Virus record (IMG/VR): IMGVR_UViG_3300028388_006015
Coordinates: 1-64,000 of that record
DNA from: a virus
DNA: 64,000 bases
Direction: 5' to 3' (one strand)
The number at the start of each line of letters is the position of its first letter. Within the stretch, counting starts at the first letter, position 1. Of this stretch, positions 46,210 through 55,317 are shown one piece after another. Below the pieces are notes generated by a model. That model searched no databases and was not told where the DNA came from. It saw only the letters and a program-made list of their open reading frames with translations. A program made the translations under genes and the position numbers.

Positions 46210-46241
46210 ATCAAAGGCCACACTTTCATGCAGCCTTTGAT
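46210..46241 (-). terminator. Hairpin/terminator downstream of the major capsid gene
   Basis: ATCAAAGGC...GCCTTTGAT inverted repeat. Confidence 0.6.
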
Positions 46242-46268
46242 TGTTAACTTGAGTTTAAGCTATGTCGA

Positions 46269-47824
46269 TTAAGCCGGTGCTGTACGACCAATATTTATGA
46301 ACCGTACCATCTTGCCAGGTGCATACAATTGGAGAGTGCCATAAAGCAGCACCATAAAGCGCGTTGCAGGGCTCAACACTGCGAGATTCATTTTCATCAA
46401 GGGTGCAAGTTGCTTGAACTCGTACACATCGGTAGAATCTTCGAACAACATCGCTTCTTGAGTATCAGGCAACCAACGATTACGATCACCAACTTTCGTA
46501 GCAGCAGCTCCATCGTATCCTGCAGCAACCTGTGCTGTACTGACGGTAAACAGTGGATAAAACTTAACATCAGCAATGCTATTTGCATCATCCACTGCAG
46601 AACGATAAATCTGGTAAGCTGTGGCCGGGTAAGCACCACCACCGTCAACAAACTGAAGATCTACACGATCACTTGCGGCAACTGTATCAGCACCACCACC
46701 GTTAAGAATCAACAGAGAAGATTCACCATAACGGTTGATTGCACTAACAGCGTAATAGTAGTCTCCTGCATCACCAGCAGCAAAAAGAGATGCGCCGTCA
46801 GCATTGACAACAGCTGTTGGAGCTCCACCGGCCGTTGGTGCATTGGGCGCCTTTTGAGAAGTGGCTGCGGTAGCTTGTTTTTTGAATCCAGGCTTTTTCA
46901 GGAACTTGTCGTAACGGAAATTAACCTGACCAAACTGAGTTTGAACAGCATTAACCCGTTGCCCCATAATGCCTTGAGTGATCTGCTGACTGTTGGGGAA
47001 AATTTGCTTGTAGCTCAAGAAGTTTTTAGCAAAATCGCTAAGAACGACCGGAGGAGCAAGTAGGGTATCGGGATAGGCATGATTATTGATGAGGATTTCG
47101 GAAGCCTCTTCAATCACGGTTTCTGTCAAACGTTCGCCGCGAAGGTCAACAACAACATCGGATCCCATATAGTCAGTCAGGCTGGAATAGGCGTTGCGAT
47201 GCTGAGCATACATGCCGTTAGGCTGGAATAGGCGTTGCGATGCTGAGCATACATGCCGTTGAATTCTTGAGGAACGAGACTGGCATCTCCATAGGCAAGT
47301 GCGCGGTCAACTTTGCGGAGAATCCACATCGTACCACTTTTTACCTCACTGTTGATCGCTCCACCAACACTGGGCTGAATACGAACCAACTGCATCGGGT
47401 GACTAACAGAACGAGTTGTTCCGAGGAACTTTACATGTTCTGCCATCCGACGGTAAACGGTATCTTCTTCTTCCGGAAGTTCACCTTCATTATTAAAGCC
47501 TCCGCGATCTTGACCGTAGCTCACGAGCTGATTGAACTCTTCTACAGTATTATAGGCGGGAGATTTGTTAACCATTCGCCAAAAGACAATATCGCTTTCA
47601 CGAAACGTCAAGTGTTTGAGTGTGGACTCGAGAGACTCAACTTTCAAGGGGGCACCACTGGCTGTTGTAGAGCCTGTGACATCACGGCCGGTAACCTGAC
47701 CTGCCTCCAATGCTTTGCTCAGGGCAGCGAGGTCTTGCGGGGTGGTCAACGCCTCCCCGAAAGCCCCATCTCCATTTTGCAACGAAGCGTAGTCCTCAAG
47801 GTTTACTCCTAAATTATGTACCAT
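46269..47824 (-). CDS. Major capsid protein (504 aa if one copy of the 41-bp duplication is removed); frameshifted as given
   Basis: The 215-aa and 314-aa ORFs share MYAQHRNAYSSLT; 1556-41=1515 nt = 505 codons. GAPLKVESLE, EFNG, FKQLAPLMKMNLA resemble SPO1/Twort-type MCP. Confidence 0.9.
47179..47260. repeat. Perfect 41-bp tandem duplication inside the capsid gene
   Basis: AGGCTGGAATAGGCGTTGCGATGCTGAGCATACATGCCGTT at 47179-47219 and 47220-47260. Confidence 0.97.
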
Positions 47825-47869
47825 TTTGCGTTGATTTAGTTATGGTGTTAAAAAGATTAATTACGTATT

Positions 47870-49462
47870 TTACTGAATGATATGGACGTCGTGCTTTGTC
47901 TTGAGATCTTCAACGAGCTGTTGTACCGACAAAACCTTATCTCCATAAGCTTTTTCCAGATCAGGGTTGTTATCAAACGCCTTTTTCAGTGCTGTCATGT
48001 TGTGTGCACTACGACGACCAACTGGAGTGCTTTCTACCGTTTCTAGACGATCTGTGAGTTCTTGGATTTGATTCTGAAAGCCCTTTACAATAGTGCCAAA
48101 GTTTTCTTTCAATTCATCCTGTGAAGCAGAAAAGTCGTCAAATTTTGACGAGAGAACATCTTCAATACCTTTGATGATATTATCAGACGGATTGGTTTGA
48201 TGTGAAAAATCTTCCAGAGGTGCATTATTTTCACCTTTCGACATTGTCTGCGAACTAGATTGTCCACCGTTATCTTCTTCATTAACGCCCTCCATTGTCT
48301 TATTGGGAGCGCTCATTCCTTGAATGGCCTTAACGAGAGTAGCAATGGCCTTTTCCATCCTGTCAACCTTTTCCATGGCCTTGTTGAAGTTTTCCATTTC
48401 AACAAATTTAGCACCATGGGTGACGTTATTGTCGGTTTTGTTGCTCATCTCGACACTTTTTGCGTCAGGACCAGATGATACATCTGAGGGCATAGCTTTT
48501 ACAATGTTGCCTTCAACGGAAAAACCGAGATCTGTCAATGCTTTCGTTAGATCTTCGTGAGTAAGTGTATTGTTGGTCGATTGTTGCATCGCTGAACGAA
48601 TTTTTGCAAAATTATAAATCTTAGAAAATTCAGTGAACGGAATATTATGCCTTAGCAATAAATTATAAACGTCACCTTTTGTTAAAACTGATTGCCTAAA
48701 ATTACTATCTGTAGATTTATTAGACAACGGGGCGTATTTCTTTTCTTTATCGACACTTTCAAGAATTATTGGCTGATGGCTTTCAATTGTAGCTGCTTTT
48801 GCTACTTTGATATTAAAGCTGCGATCTATAGTGATTCGATACCCTTGATCATTGGTTACGTCAACAATATACTCTTGACCTCCATCAGCAGGATTCTCTC
48901 GAGTGTCAAAAGCCATTTCAGTATCGTCATATTCGCCTTTTATTAGCGATAGTAACGTATTGCTATTTTTTGGAGTTGGTGTTATTGCACAACCAGTAAT
49001 CTTGGCTTTCTTTACTTTTCGTGGGTCAAACACGTCGCGTTCTACCACTTTTCCTTCTATACTAAAGCCCAGTCGACGATTGGATGAAGATTTTTCTAAT
49101 GTTTGTGCAAGTGCGTAAACTTTACGTGCTTTTTCGGAATGAGGATATAAAAAGCCCTCAACGTGCAATTTTTTACCTTTTACAAATGCCTTTGTTGGTT
49201 CGCCCACAATAGATGACGGATCGACACTACCTCTATGGTTGTAGTTGAAATATCCATGATTGAGAAAAAATGACAGGTCAAAACCAGTAGGGTCGAGCAT
49301 TTCATCATCCGCATCAAGATCGGGAGTAGACGCTATACCTGCAATCATCATTTTACCCTGCTCACTACCATCATCTGCTTTTTGTATCTCAATAGGTACA
49401 AAAAACTTAAACTTGTCAGGTACTCCGTTTGTTTTAGAGCGATAATGTGTATTGTGTAGCAT
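47870..49462 (-). CDS. Prohead protease fused to scaffold
   Basis: IAGIASTPDLD, FNYNH, LGFSIEG, CAITPTPKN; long helical C-terminal half. Confidence 0.88.
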   Translation of the reverse strand: MLHNTHYRSKTNGVPDKFKFFVPIEIQKADDGSEQGKMMIAGIASTPDLDADDEMLDPTGFDLSFFLNHGYFNYNHRGSVDPSSIVGEPTKAFVKGKKLHVEGFLYPHSEKARKVYALAQTLEKSSSNRRLGFSIEGKVVERDVFDPRKVKKAKITGCAITPTPKNSNTLLSLIKGEYDDTEMAFDTRENPADGGQEYIVDVTNDQGYRITIDRSFNIKVAKAATIESHQPIILESVDKEKKYAPLSNKSTDSNFRQSVLTKGDVYNLLLRHNIPFTEFSKIYNFAKIRSAMQQSTNNTLTHEDLTKALTDLGFSVEGNIVKAMPSDVSSGPDAKSVEMSNKTDNNVTHGAKFVEMENFNKAMEKVDRMEKAIATLVKAIQGMSAPNKTMEGVNEEDNGGQSSSQTMSKGENNAPLEDFSHQTNPSDNIIKGIEDVLSSKFDDFSASQDELKENFGTIVKGFQNQIQELTDRLETVESTPVGRRSAHNMTALKKAFDNNPDLEKAYGDKVLSVQQLVEDLKTKHDVHIIQ

Positions 49463-50757
49463 TACTGACTGTTTTTTCGCGTAATAAGATTTACACGTAA
49501 TTGCTGAAAGTGTAAACTGTCTAACCCAAGCATTCCTGATTGATAAGCATTTTGTACGACCTCCATGGATTTACTAATTTCTTCCACACTAGGCCATTCA
49601 CTCATCGTTCCAATAAAATTGTATAAGCGCTCAAGATAATCAAAATGCTCAAGAATTTCAACGGGATGATCTAATTGTTTTATTTCTTCAGGCTCCAACC
49701 AAGCAAATTCTTCATGCTCGTAATTTAACTTGACCTGAGGATCGTCCATCTGTGCAAAAAAACAAAAAACATTCCAATCTGCCTCTTCGCGAACACCAAT
49801 TAATTGAATTTCACTTGGCAGTGTAATGTTTGTCTCTTCCAGTATCTCTCTGCGTACAAGATCGTACGGAGATTCGTTTTTATCATCACTAGTGCCACCT
49901 GGCAAAAACCATTTATTAGGCTCCCAGGGCGCTTCTGGACCTCTCAGCAATGTTAATATTTTACCACGACTATTACGTATAATGCATACAGCACCATAAT
50001 TATCGGCCTCAATTGCCTTCTTTAACTTATCATCAACATCTTTATTGTGCGTTTCCTTTTTAAGATTTAGTCGCTTTAATAGGTCGCTAATATTAAGATC
50101 GACAACATAGCACTTTACTCTAAAATTATCATCAACCTCTAACAAAGATGCCCAATAATGATTGTTATCTGTAAGAAATTTATCATTACTTATAACAAAC
50201 TCTCGTGGAGAAATCTGCTCAAGATCAGCTATGCAGCCAAGAATCTTTTCGTTATTAAATTCGCTTTGAATGGGCTTTAATTCTTTAACTGGAATAAACT
50301 GTACCTTAACCTTAATATCTTGATTGATAAAATGCTGCACAATATCTTCAACATCGTCTTGATTAATCTGAGGCATTCGATCACGAGTACGCTTAGGATC
50401 GGTATATTTAAGGTATTTGTGGTATTTAAGATTAGAGAACTCTAAATCTCCCAATATGCCCTGAATTCCTTTTTGTAGCTCATTCTGCTGCAATGTTAAT
50501 TCATCACACAACAAAGTTAATCGAGAAAGTGCACCGTCTCTTTTATTATCATAATACTGCTGCACTTGATGTTTTCCAGAACCTGTTTGTACTTGATTGA
50601 ATGCATTACTTCGACTCTTCTCTAAATCAACCATCTCATTTTTAAGAGCTTCAATTTGCCTCTTATATGATATGATATTGGTTAGTGAACGAGCACACGC
50701 ACTATTTTTTGGCTCAGAAGAGAATAAATTGTCGATTAATTGTGAAAAATAGCTCAT
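49462..50757 (-). CDS. Head-module protein with degenerate ParB/Srx-like domain and Nudix hydrolase domain
   Basis: RDRMPQI...LKPIQSEF...VISNDKFLTDNNHYWA; KWFLPGG..D.NES.YD..RREILEETNI; EHEEFAW. Confidence 0.8.
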   Translation of the reverse strand: MSYFSQLIDNLFSSEPKNSACARSLTNIISYKRQIEALKNEMVDLEKSRSNAFNQVQTGSGKHQVQQYYDNKRDGALSRLTLLCDELTLQQNELQKGIQGILGDLEFSNLKYHKYLKYTDPKRTRDRMPQINQDDVEDIVQHFINQDIKVKVQFIPVKELKPIQSEFNNEKILGCIADLEQISPREFVISNDKFLTDNNHYWASLLEVDDNFRVKCYVVDLNISDLLKRLNLKKETHNKDVDDKLKKAIEADNYGAVCIIRNSRGKILTLLRGPEAPWEPNKWFLPGGTSDDKNESPYDLVRREILEETNITLPSEIQLIGVREEADWNVFCFFAQMDDPQVKLNYEHEEFAWLEPEEIKQLDHPVEILEHFDYLERLYNFIGTMSEWPSVEEISKSMEVVQNAYQSGMLGLDSLHFQQLRVNLITRKNSQ

Positions 50758-51671
50758 ACTTTTGTGGTTTTGTCACCCACCTTGATTTCAATCTTTGAAC
50801 GACGCTTAACTTTACGTTGAAATGTCTTTGGTGGCTGAAAAGTTTGTGTTTTATCATCCCAAATATAATCGTTAGGAACCTGTTCTAGAGTACAGCGACA
50901 CCAAGGGTGTGTTGGTCCTATTACAGCTTTCCATTGATCGCTTTTTCTGCCAATATTAGTTCCATTCTGTAGTAGTGTATTGAGTTTAAATACAATCGGA
51001 CGCGATCCAAGACCTTTTGTTAAGTATAAACGAATGCAATGACGACATGCTCCTGGATAAACACTCTTCCATACTCGAACATCATCGCCATATTTTCTCT
51101 TAAAGCCATATGCTCTTCCGTGATCGAACCCATAATGCATAATGTAATCACTTATGCGTCCAAAATCTCTCGACCAATCTCCTGTACGATGTCCAAGCTT
51201 TGATACTAATTGTTTAACATCTTCACGCTTAATGAATGATTTTTCAGCCTCCTCTTTAATTGCTTGTTCGTACTTTACTCTTTGAACTTGATCTTGCTCG
51301 ATTAAAATTGTGTGAAATTGGCTTTTAATCTTATTTCCAAGACCTTTAATGTCATTATATGCAAAATTCTTAATCGCTTTTAAAGCGAATTTTTCTTGAC
51401 TGTTAAGAGGAACCCATTCACCTGTCTTAATCTTGGTCTTTAATTGAGCAAATGTTAATTTATTAGCCTCCTTGTCGCTCATTAGTGTTGACATAATGCC
51501 AAACATAAAGTTGAGGTCGATGATATTAACGTCATCAGCCTCAACTAATTGTTTTACTCTATCTTGCTCCTGAGCTGTAAGAACTTCCATGCCAACACTT
51601 GAAGCAATAAAAATCAAATGCTGCAGTTCGATAAGTTCAAGAAGCTCATGTATTTGATCGTTGGATAGCAT
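50754..51671 (-). CDS. MuF/SPP1 gp7-like minor head protein
   Basis: ACRHCIRLY...IGPTHPWCRCTL. Confidence 0.85.
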   Translation of the reverse strand: MLSNDQIHELLELIELQHLIFIASSVGMEVLTAQEQDRVKQLVEADDVNIIDLNFMFGIMSTLMSDKEANKLTFAQLKTKIKTGEWVPLNSQEKFALKAIKNFAYNDIKGLGNKIKSQFHTILIEQDQVQRVKYEQAIKEEAEKSFIKREDVKQLVSKLGHRTGDWSRDFGRISDYIMHYGFDHGRAYGFKRKYGDDVRVWKSVYPGACRHCIRLYLTKGLGSRPIVFKLNTLLQNGTNIGRKSDQWKAVIGPTHPWCRCTLEQVPNDYIWDDKTQTFQPPKTFQRKVKRRSKIEIKVGDKTTKV

Positions 51672-51798
51672 TTAATTTTTTTACAATTTTTGCACTCATC
51701 TTCCCTAATACTGCTTGATATTTTTTCAGAAACTCTTTCTCGTATTGAGTAGTAACGGAATACTTAGGAAGATCTCTGTACTTGCTCTTTTTAGCCAT
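51646..51798 (-). CDS. Small basic protein (50 aa)
   Basis: Hand translation MAKKSKYRDLPKYSVTTQYEKEFLKKYQAVLGK...; fills the gap between spanin-like and MuF genes. Confidence 0.5.
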   Translation of the reverse strand: MAKKSKYRDLPKYSVTTQYEKEFLKKYQAVLGKMSAKIVKKLNAIQRSNT

Positions 51799-52533
51799 TT
51801 AAAAACGAATTGGTGTCCAATTTAATCCAATCCCGACATAAGGTGCGGGACTTACCGCATTATTATTTAATGTGAATCCGTATCCAACCGAAACCCCAAT
51901 GCCAAACTTATTGGTAAGTCTGTCGATGATAATAGCTTCACCATCTACAATATCAATATATGGATTGTCGGTTGTAATATCAACAACTGAAGAACGCTTC
52001 TTAAAAAAGCCGCCCTTACGCTCAGTAATTTGAGAGGTGAGAGTTGCATATGTTTTGAATGCAAGGTCGATCGAATCTTGAGTAGCAACAACGCTCCAAT
52101 CTGCATACGCGTCTTGATTTTCACCATAATATGCATACTCAGGACAGTCGTTAGTGATTGTATTGTTTACGGGCACAGGAATTTCAACATATTCAGTATC
52201 TATTACCTCACGCGTTAATGTTGGAACGCTACCTTTATATTTGAGCTCAGCAACTAAGCGCGTATAATTGCGAATCAGACGATCTTGCTTCCGCACCTCT
52301 TTAAGAGCTTGATTGAGAAGAGAGTCTTTTTCTGAATACGCCCCTTCAATCTCATTACGATCAAGAACTAATGCTTCAATGCGAGTATGCGTTTGGTTGA
52401 GACTGTCTTTGTACGTATTAATAACGTCGGTGTGATAACTTTCAAGTTCGCGATGAATTCTTTGTTCCCTCGCACAAAATGATACCGATAACACGATACC
52501 GATTGCAAGTATGATGAATAGCCACTTTGTCAT
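51799..52533 (-). CDS. Spanin-like protein (N-terminal membrane anchor, coiled coil, C-terminal amphipathic beta-hairpin)
   Basis: MTKWLFIILAIGIVLSVSFC; C-terminus FGIGVSVGYG...YVGIGLNWTPIRF. Confidence 0.6.
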   Translation of the reverse strand: MTKWLFIILAIGIVLSVSFCAREQRIHRELESYHTDVINTYKDSLNQTHTRIEALVLDRNEIEGAYSEKDSLLNQALKEVRKQDRLIRNYTRLVAELKYKGSVPTLTREVIDTEYVEIPVPVNNTITNDCPEYAYYGENQDAYADWSVVATQDSIDLAFKTYATLTSQITERKGGFFKKRSSVVDITTDNPYIDIVDGEAIIIDRLTNKFGIGVSVGYGFTLNNNAVSPAPYVGIGLNWTPIRF

Positions 52534-52537
52534 AATA

Positions 52538-53140
52538 TTAATATTGTTTGATTACGTTTTTGATTACGTCCAAGTCAAGACACATTCCCGCCACTCCAAT
52601 AACTTCATTATTGCGAAATCGCGGATATTTTTGAACAACTAAAAGTGTAGTTTCGCCTTCAGGGTTTACAAACTTTTCTACACCAATCCAACTCATTTTA
52701 TTTTCGACAACCCACTTATTGTTCTCCATATAACGCTCAGCAAATTTTTGATCATTATATAGATCACTTATCTTTTTGCCAATGCAATCCTTTGCACTCA
52801 AATTATAATCATTGAGAAATGTTCGCTCATACTCTTTATTGACATATAGCATTACACCATCTATGGATGTAAGCCAATGAGCGTTAACGTGATCATAAGT
52901 TGCCGATTCAAAGAACACTATTTGAGATTGTAAGATATATACCTGTTTTTGCAATTCTCCAATCAACAAGTCATTTCTCTCAACCTCTTGTTTTAATGCC
53001 AATCTCTCAGCCTTGTATTCACTAATGATTAATACAAGCTCGTCCATATTTGTTTTTCGTCGCGTTGCCAAGTATGTTAAAAAACCACTAATGACAGTGG
53101 ACGAGAATATAGCTATAACTAGCTGTAATACATTGTCCAT
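52538..53140 (-). CDS. Membrane protein with coiled coil and PAS domain (holin-like)
   Basis: One TM followed by RRK; coiled coil; WLTSIDGVMLYVNKEYER...IGKKISDLY...KYP...VIGVAGMCLD is a PAS_4-type pattern. Confidence 0.75.
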   Translation of the reverse strand: MDNVLQLVIAIFSSTVISGFLTYLATRRKTNMDELVLIISEYKAERLALKQEVERNDLLIGELQKQVYILQSQIVFFESATYDHVNAHWLTSIDGVMLYVNKEYERTFLNDYNLSAKDCIGKKISDLYNDQKFAERYMENNKWVVENKMSWIGVEKFVNPEGETTLLVVQKYPRFRNNEVIGVAGMCLDLDVIKNVIKQY

Positions 53141-53146
53141 GGGAAT

Positions 53147-54742
53147 TTAATTAAAAGCACCACTCTTTAGCTCGTCCTCAAAGGCTTTATAAACGGGGTT
53201 TGCATTAAAATCATAAAACTCGCCCTGATCTCCTTCTTCGTTATACTCATCAATGGCCTCGTTACTTTCTTGTCCACCCATAGCTTGTTGTGAGAGCCAT
53301 TGAATATATTGAGGATTAAGAACAATATCATCGTCTTCAAGATCACGAGGAAGACCTGCTTTTTCACGAGCTTCTTTGAGTCCCATAATAGAGCCGACTC
53401 TTTTAGCATCAAGTTCTACTTCATCTTTTTCGTTTTCAGAATCAAGACCAACAAACTCCAAAACAAATTCGTCAGTTAATGGCTCAATAAGCCACCTATT
53501 AAGCTTTCTTTGAATAAAACGCATTAATGGTCTCAATCCTTTATCACGACTATATTTCAATCGCGCTTCATTATTTCCTTCAAAAAGAGACTGGCTTCCT
53601 GAACTTCCACTAAGATGAAAACCAATCTCACTAGGGTCAATACGATATACACTACATGCAATCTTCAACAAGTATTCTTGCCACTTAGAGAATTCCATGT
53701 CTCGATTAGACTTTTGCATATCTATCCATTCAAAATCATCAGCCTGGATCAATGGAGTCTTCCAGCTATTTTGAACACCCGAAACCATTGACCACCATTC
53801 TTGACGAAATTCGCTAAGTCGCGTTTCGTTTACAACACCTGCAGCCTTCCAAACTCCCTTTGGAGCACTTCCTTGAGAAAAGAAGTTACCATTATGCTGA
53901 TCACCCCACAACATCCATGTTACAATCTTAATAAGTACCTCCAATTCACTCATTCCATACCCATTGCTCGTTAAAGTGTTTTGAGGATTTCTGATACCTA
54001 AACACATTTCCCAAGGATAGAAATAAGAGATGATCGTATCCTCATAAAGCTGAACATATTCAGGAGCATATCCATTAACCTTTTGAATATCAGCACTATC
54101 ATACGTATGATCGACCTTACGAATAGTTGAGCTGTCGCATGTTACAAATTCAGTCGGTCTAAAACGACGATCTTGTACGACCTCGAATGCAGCATGATCA
54201 AGAACAAGACTGTCAGAAAGCCACTTTCGAATAAAATCCTCAATATTATCACCAACCCACTTCTTATCTTCCACGCTACAATTGAGAATGAATTTTTCCA
54301 ACTCCCTTACCTTCTTGTTGTTGTACAACTTTTCATTGCCATCTCTCTTATTGCGTTCTCTACGTACAAAGCGAAATCCAACCTCATATTTTTCCCATGC
54401 AGGTTGAAGAAATTCGCACACTTGATCTATTCTCGTTCCAATAACTGCAGCAATTACAGGCGTTTTGGCAATTTTGCGCAACATTTTTTCAGAAACACCA
54501 GCAAAACGTTGTTGGTATCCACGAGTATTGTTGTTGCTATAGGGATCTGAAATTATTGTTGATCGCTTACTTGTATTGGCTTGTTGTTTCGCACTTTGTT
54601 GTAATTGTGCAGATACAGAATATGCCTTCATTATTGAATGAGGGTCGTTGGATAGCATGGCCTTGTGCAGCACTTCTTGTTGACGTGCTTGTAGGTCTTG
54701 TATCTGCTTAGATATCTGTTGTAATTCTGTTAATTCTGACAT
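53147..54742 (-). CDS. Portal protein
   Basis: IGTRIDQV, DSLVLD, IRNP...GYGMSELE, NFFSQGSAPKG, DMEFSKW, SRDKGLRPL. Confidence 0.93.
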   Translation of the reverse strand: MSELTELQQISKQIQDLQARQQEVLHKAMLSNDPHSIMKAYSVSAQLQQSAKQQANTSKRSTIISDPYSNNNTRGYQQRFAGVSEKMLRKIAKTPVIAAVIGTRIDQVCEFLQPAWEKYEVGFRFVRRERNKRDGNEKLYNNKKVRELEKFILNCSVEDKKWVGDNIEDFIRKWLSDSLVLDHAAFEVVQDRRFRPTEFVTCDSSTIRKVDHTYDSADIQKVNGYAPEYVQLYEDTIISYFYPWEMCLGIRNPQNTLTSNGYGMSELEVLIKIVTWMLWGDQHNGNFFSQGSAPKGVWKAAGVVNETRLSEFRQEWWSMVSGVQNSWKTPLIQADDFEWIDMQKSNRDMEFSKWQEYLLKIACSVYRIDPSEIGFHLSGSSGSQSLFEGNNEARLKYSRDKGLRPLMRFIQRKLNRWLIEPLTDEFVLEFVGLDSENEKDEVELDAKRVGSIMGLKEAREKAGLPRDLEDDDIVLNPQYIQWLSQQAMGGQESNEAIDEYNEEGDQGEFYDFNANPVYKAFEDELKSGAFN

Positions 54743-54758
54743 TCGCGCAACTTTAAAA

Positions 54759-54796
54759 CGTTGGAAATATACGTTAAAAAAGTATGCATTCCAACG
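54759..54796 (-). terminator. Hairpin between the holin-like gene and portal
   Basis: CGTTGGAA...TTCCAACG inverted repeat followed by TTTT on the minus strand. Confidence 0.5.
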
Positions 54797-54814
54797 ACCC
54801 TCATTTAATAAAAA

Positions 54815-55312
54815 TTAAACGCCCTCGGCAGATGTATTATTAATCAACTCCTGTTCTTCACCACCATTATCATTATCAAAGAAGAAGTGGTATAGCGGAT
54901 TGATTATATTTATTACCAATGCAATCGCAAAAGCCTCAAATTGACCGTTTCCTGATATCCAAGCAAACAGTGTCTCTATTAATTGAGCTGCTGCTCCATC
55001 AGGAAACGCAATACCTAAACCTACAGGAATCATAAGAAGAACAGTCAAGGATTGAATCCTAAAATTCATAGATTTTAGAAAATCCCACGACCATTGTTGA
55101 GTTTTTGTTAGCAACTTTAATACCGGGTTAAGAAAGTTTGTAATAAGCAACGCCACAATGGCTCCGATGTTGCCTCCATTAAAAACTTCAAACACCTCTC
55201 CTCCTGATACTCCAATATCAAAACCGTTAAGGTTAAATACGAGCAAAACGAGCGATATCAAAGATACAAAAAAGTTGCGACTATCAAAAGTTGCATTAAT
55301 CTTGGTTTGCAT
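54815..55312 (-). CDS. Multi-pass membrane protein with two-fold internal repeat (holin candidate)
   Basis: SRNFFV...NFLNPV and SMNFRI...NIINPL halves; about four hydrophobic segments. Confidence 0.6.
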   Translation of the reverse strand: MQTKINATFDSRNFFVSLISLVLLVFNLNGFDIGVSGGEVFEVFNGGNIGAIVALLITNFLNPVLKLLTKTQQWSWDFLKSMNFRIQSLTVLLMIPVGLGIAFPDGAAAQLIETLFAWISGNGQFEAFAIALVINIINPLYHFFFDNDNGGEEQELINNTSAEGV

Positions 55313-55317
55313 GACTA

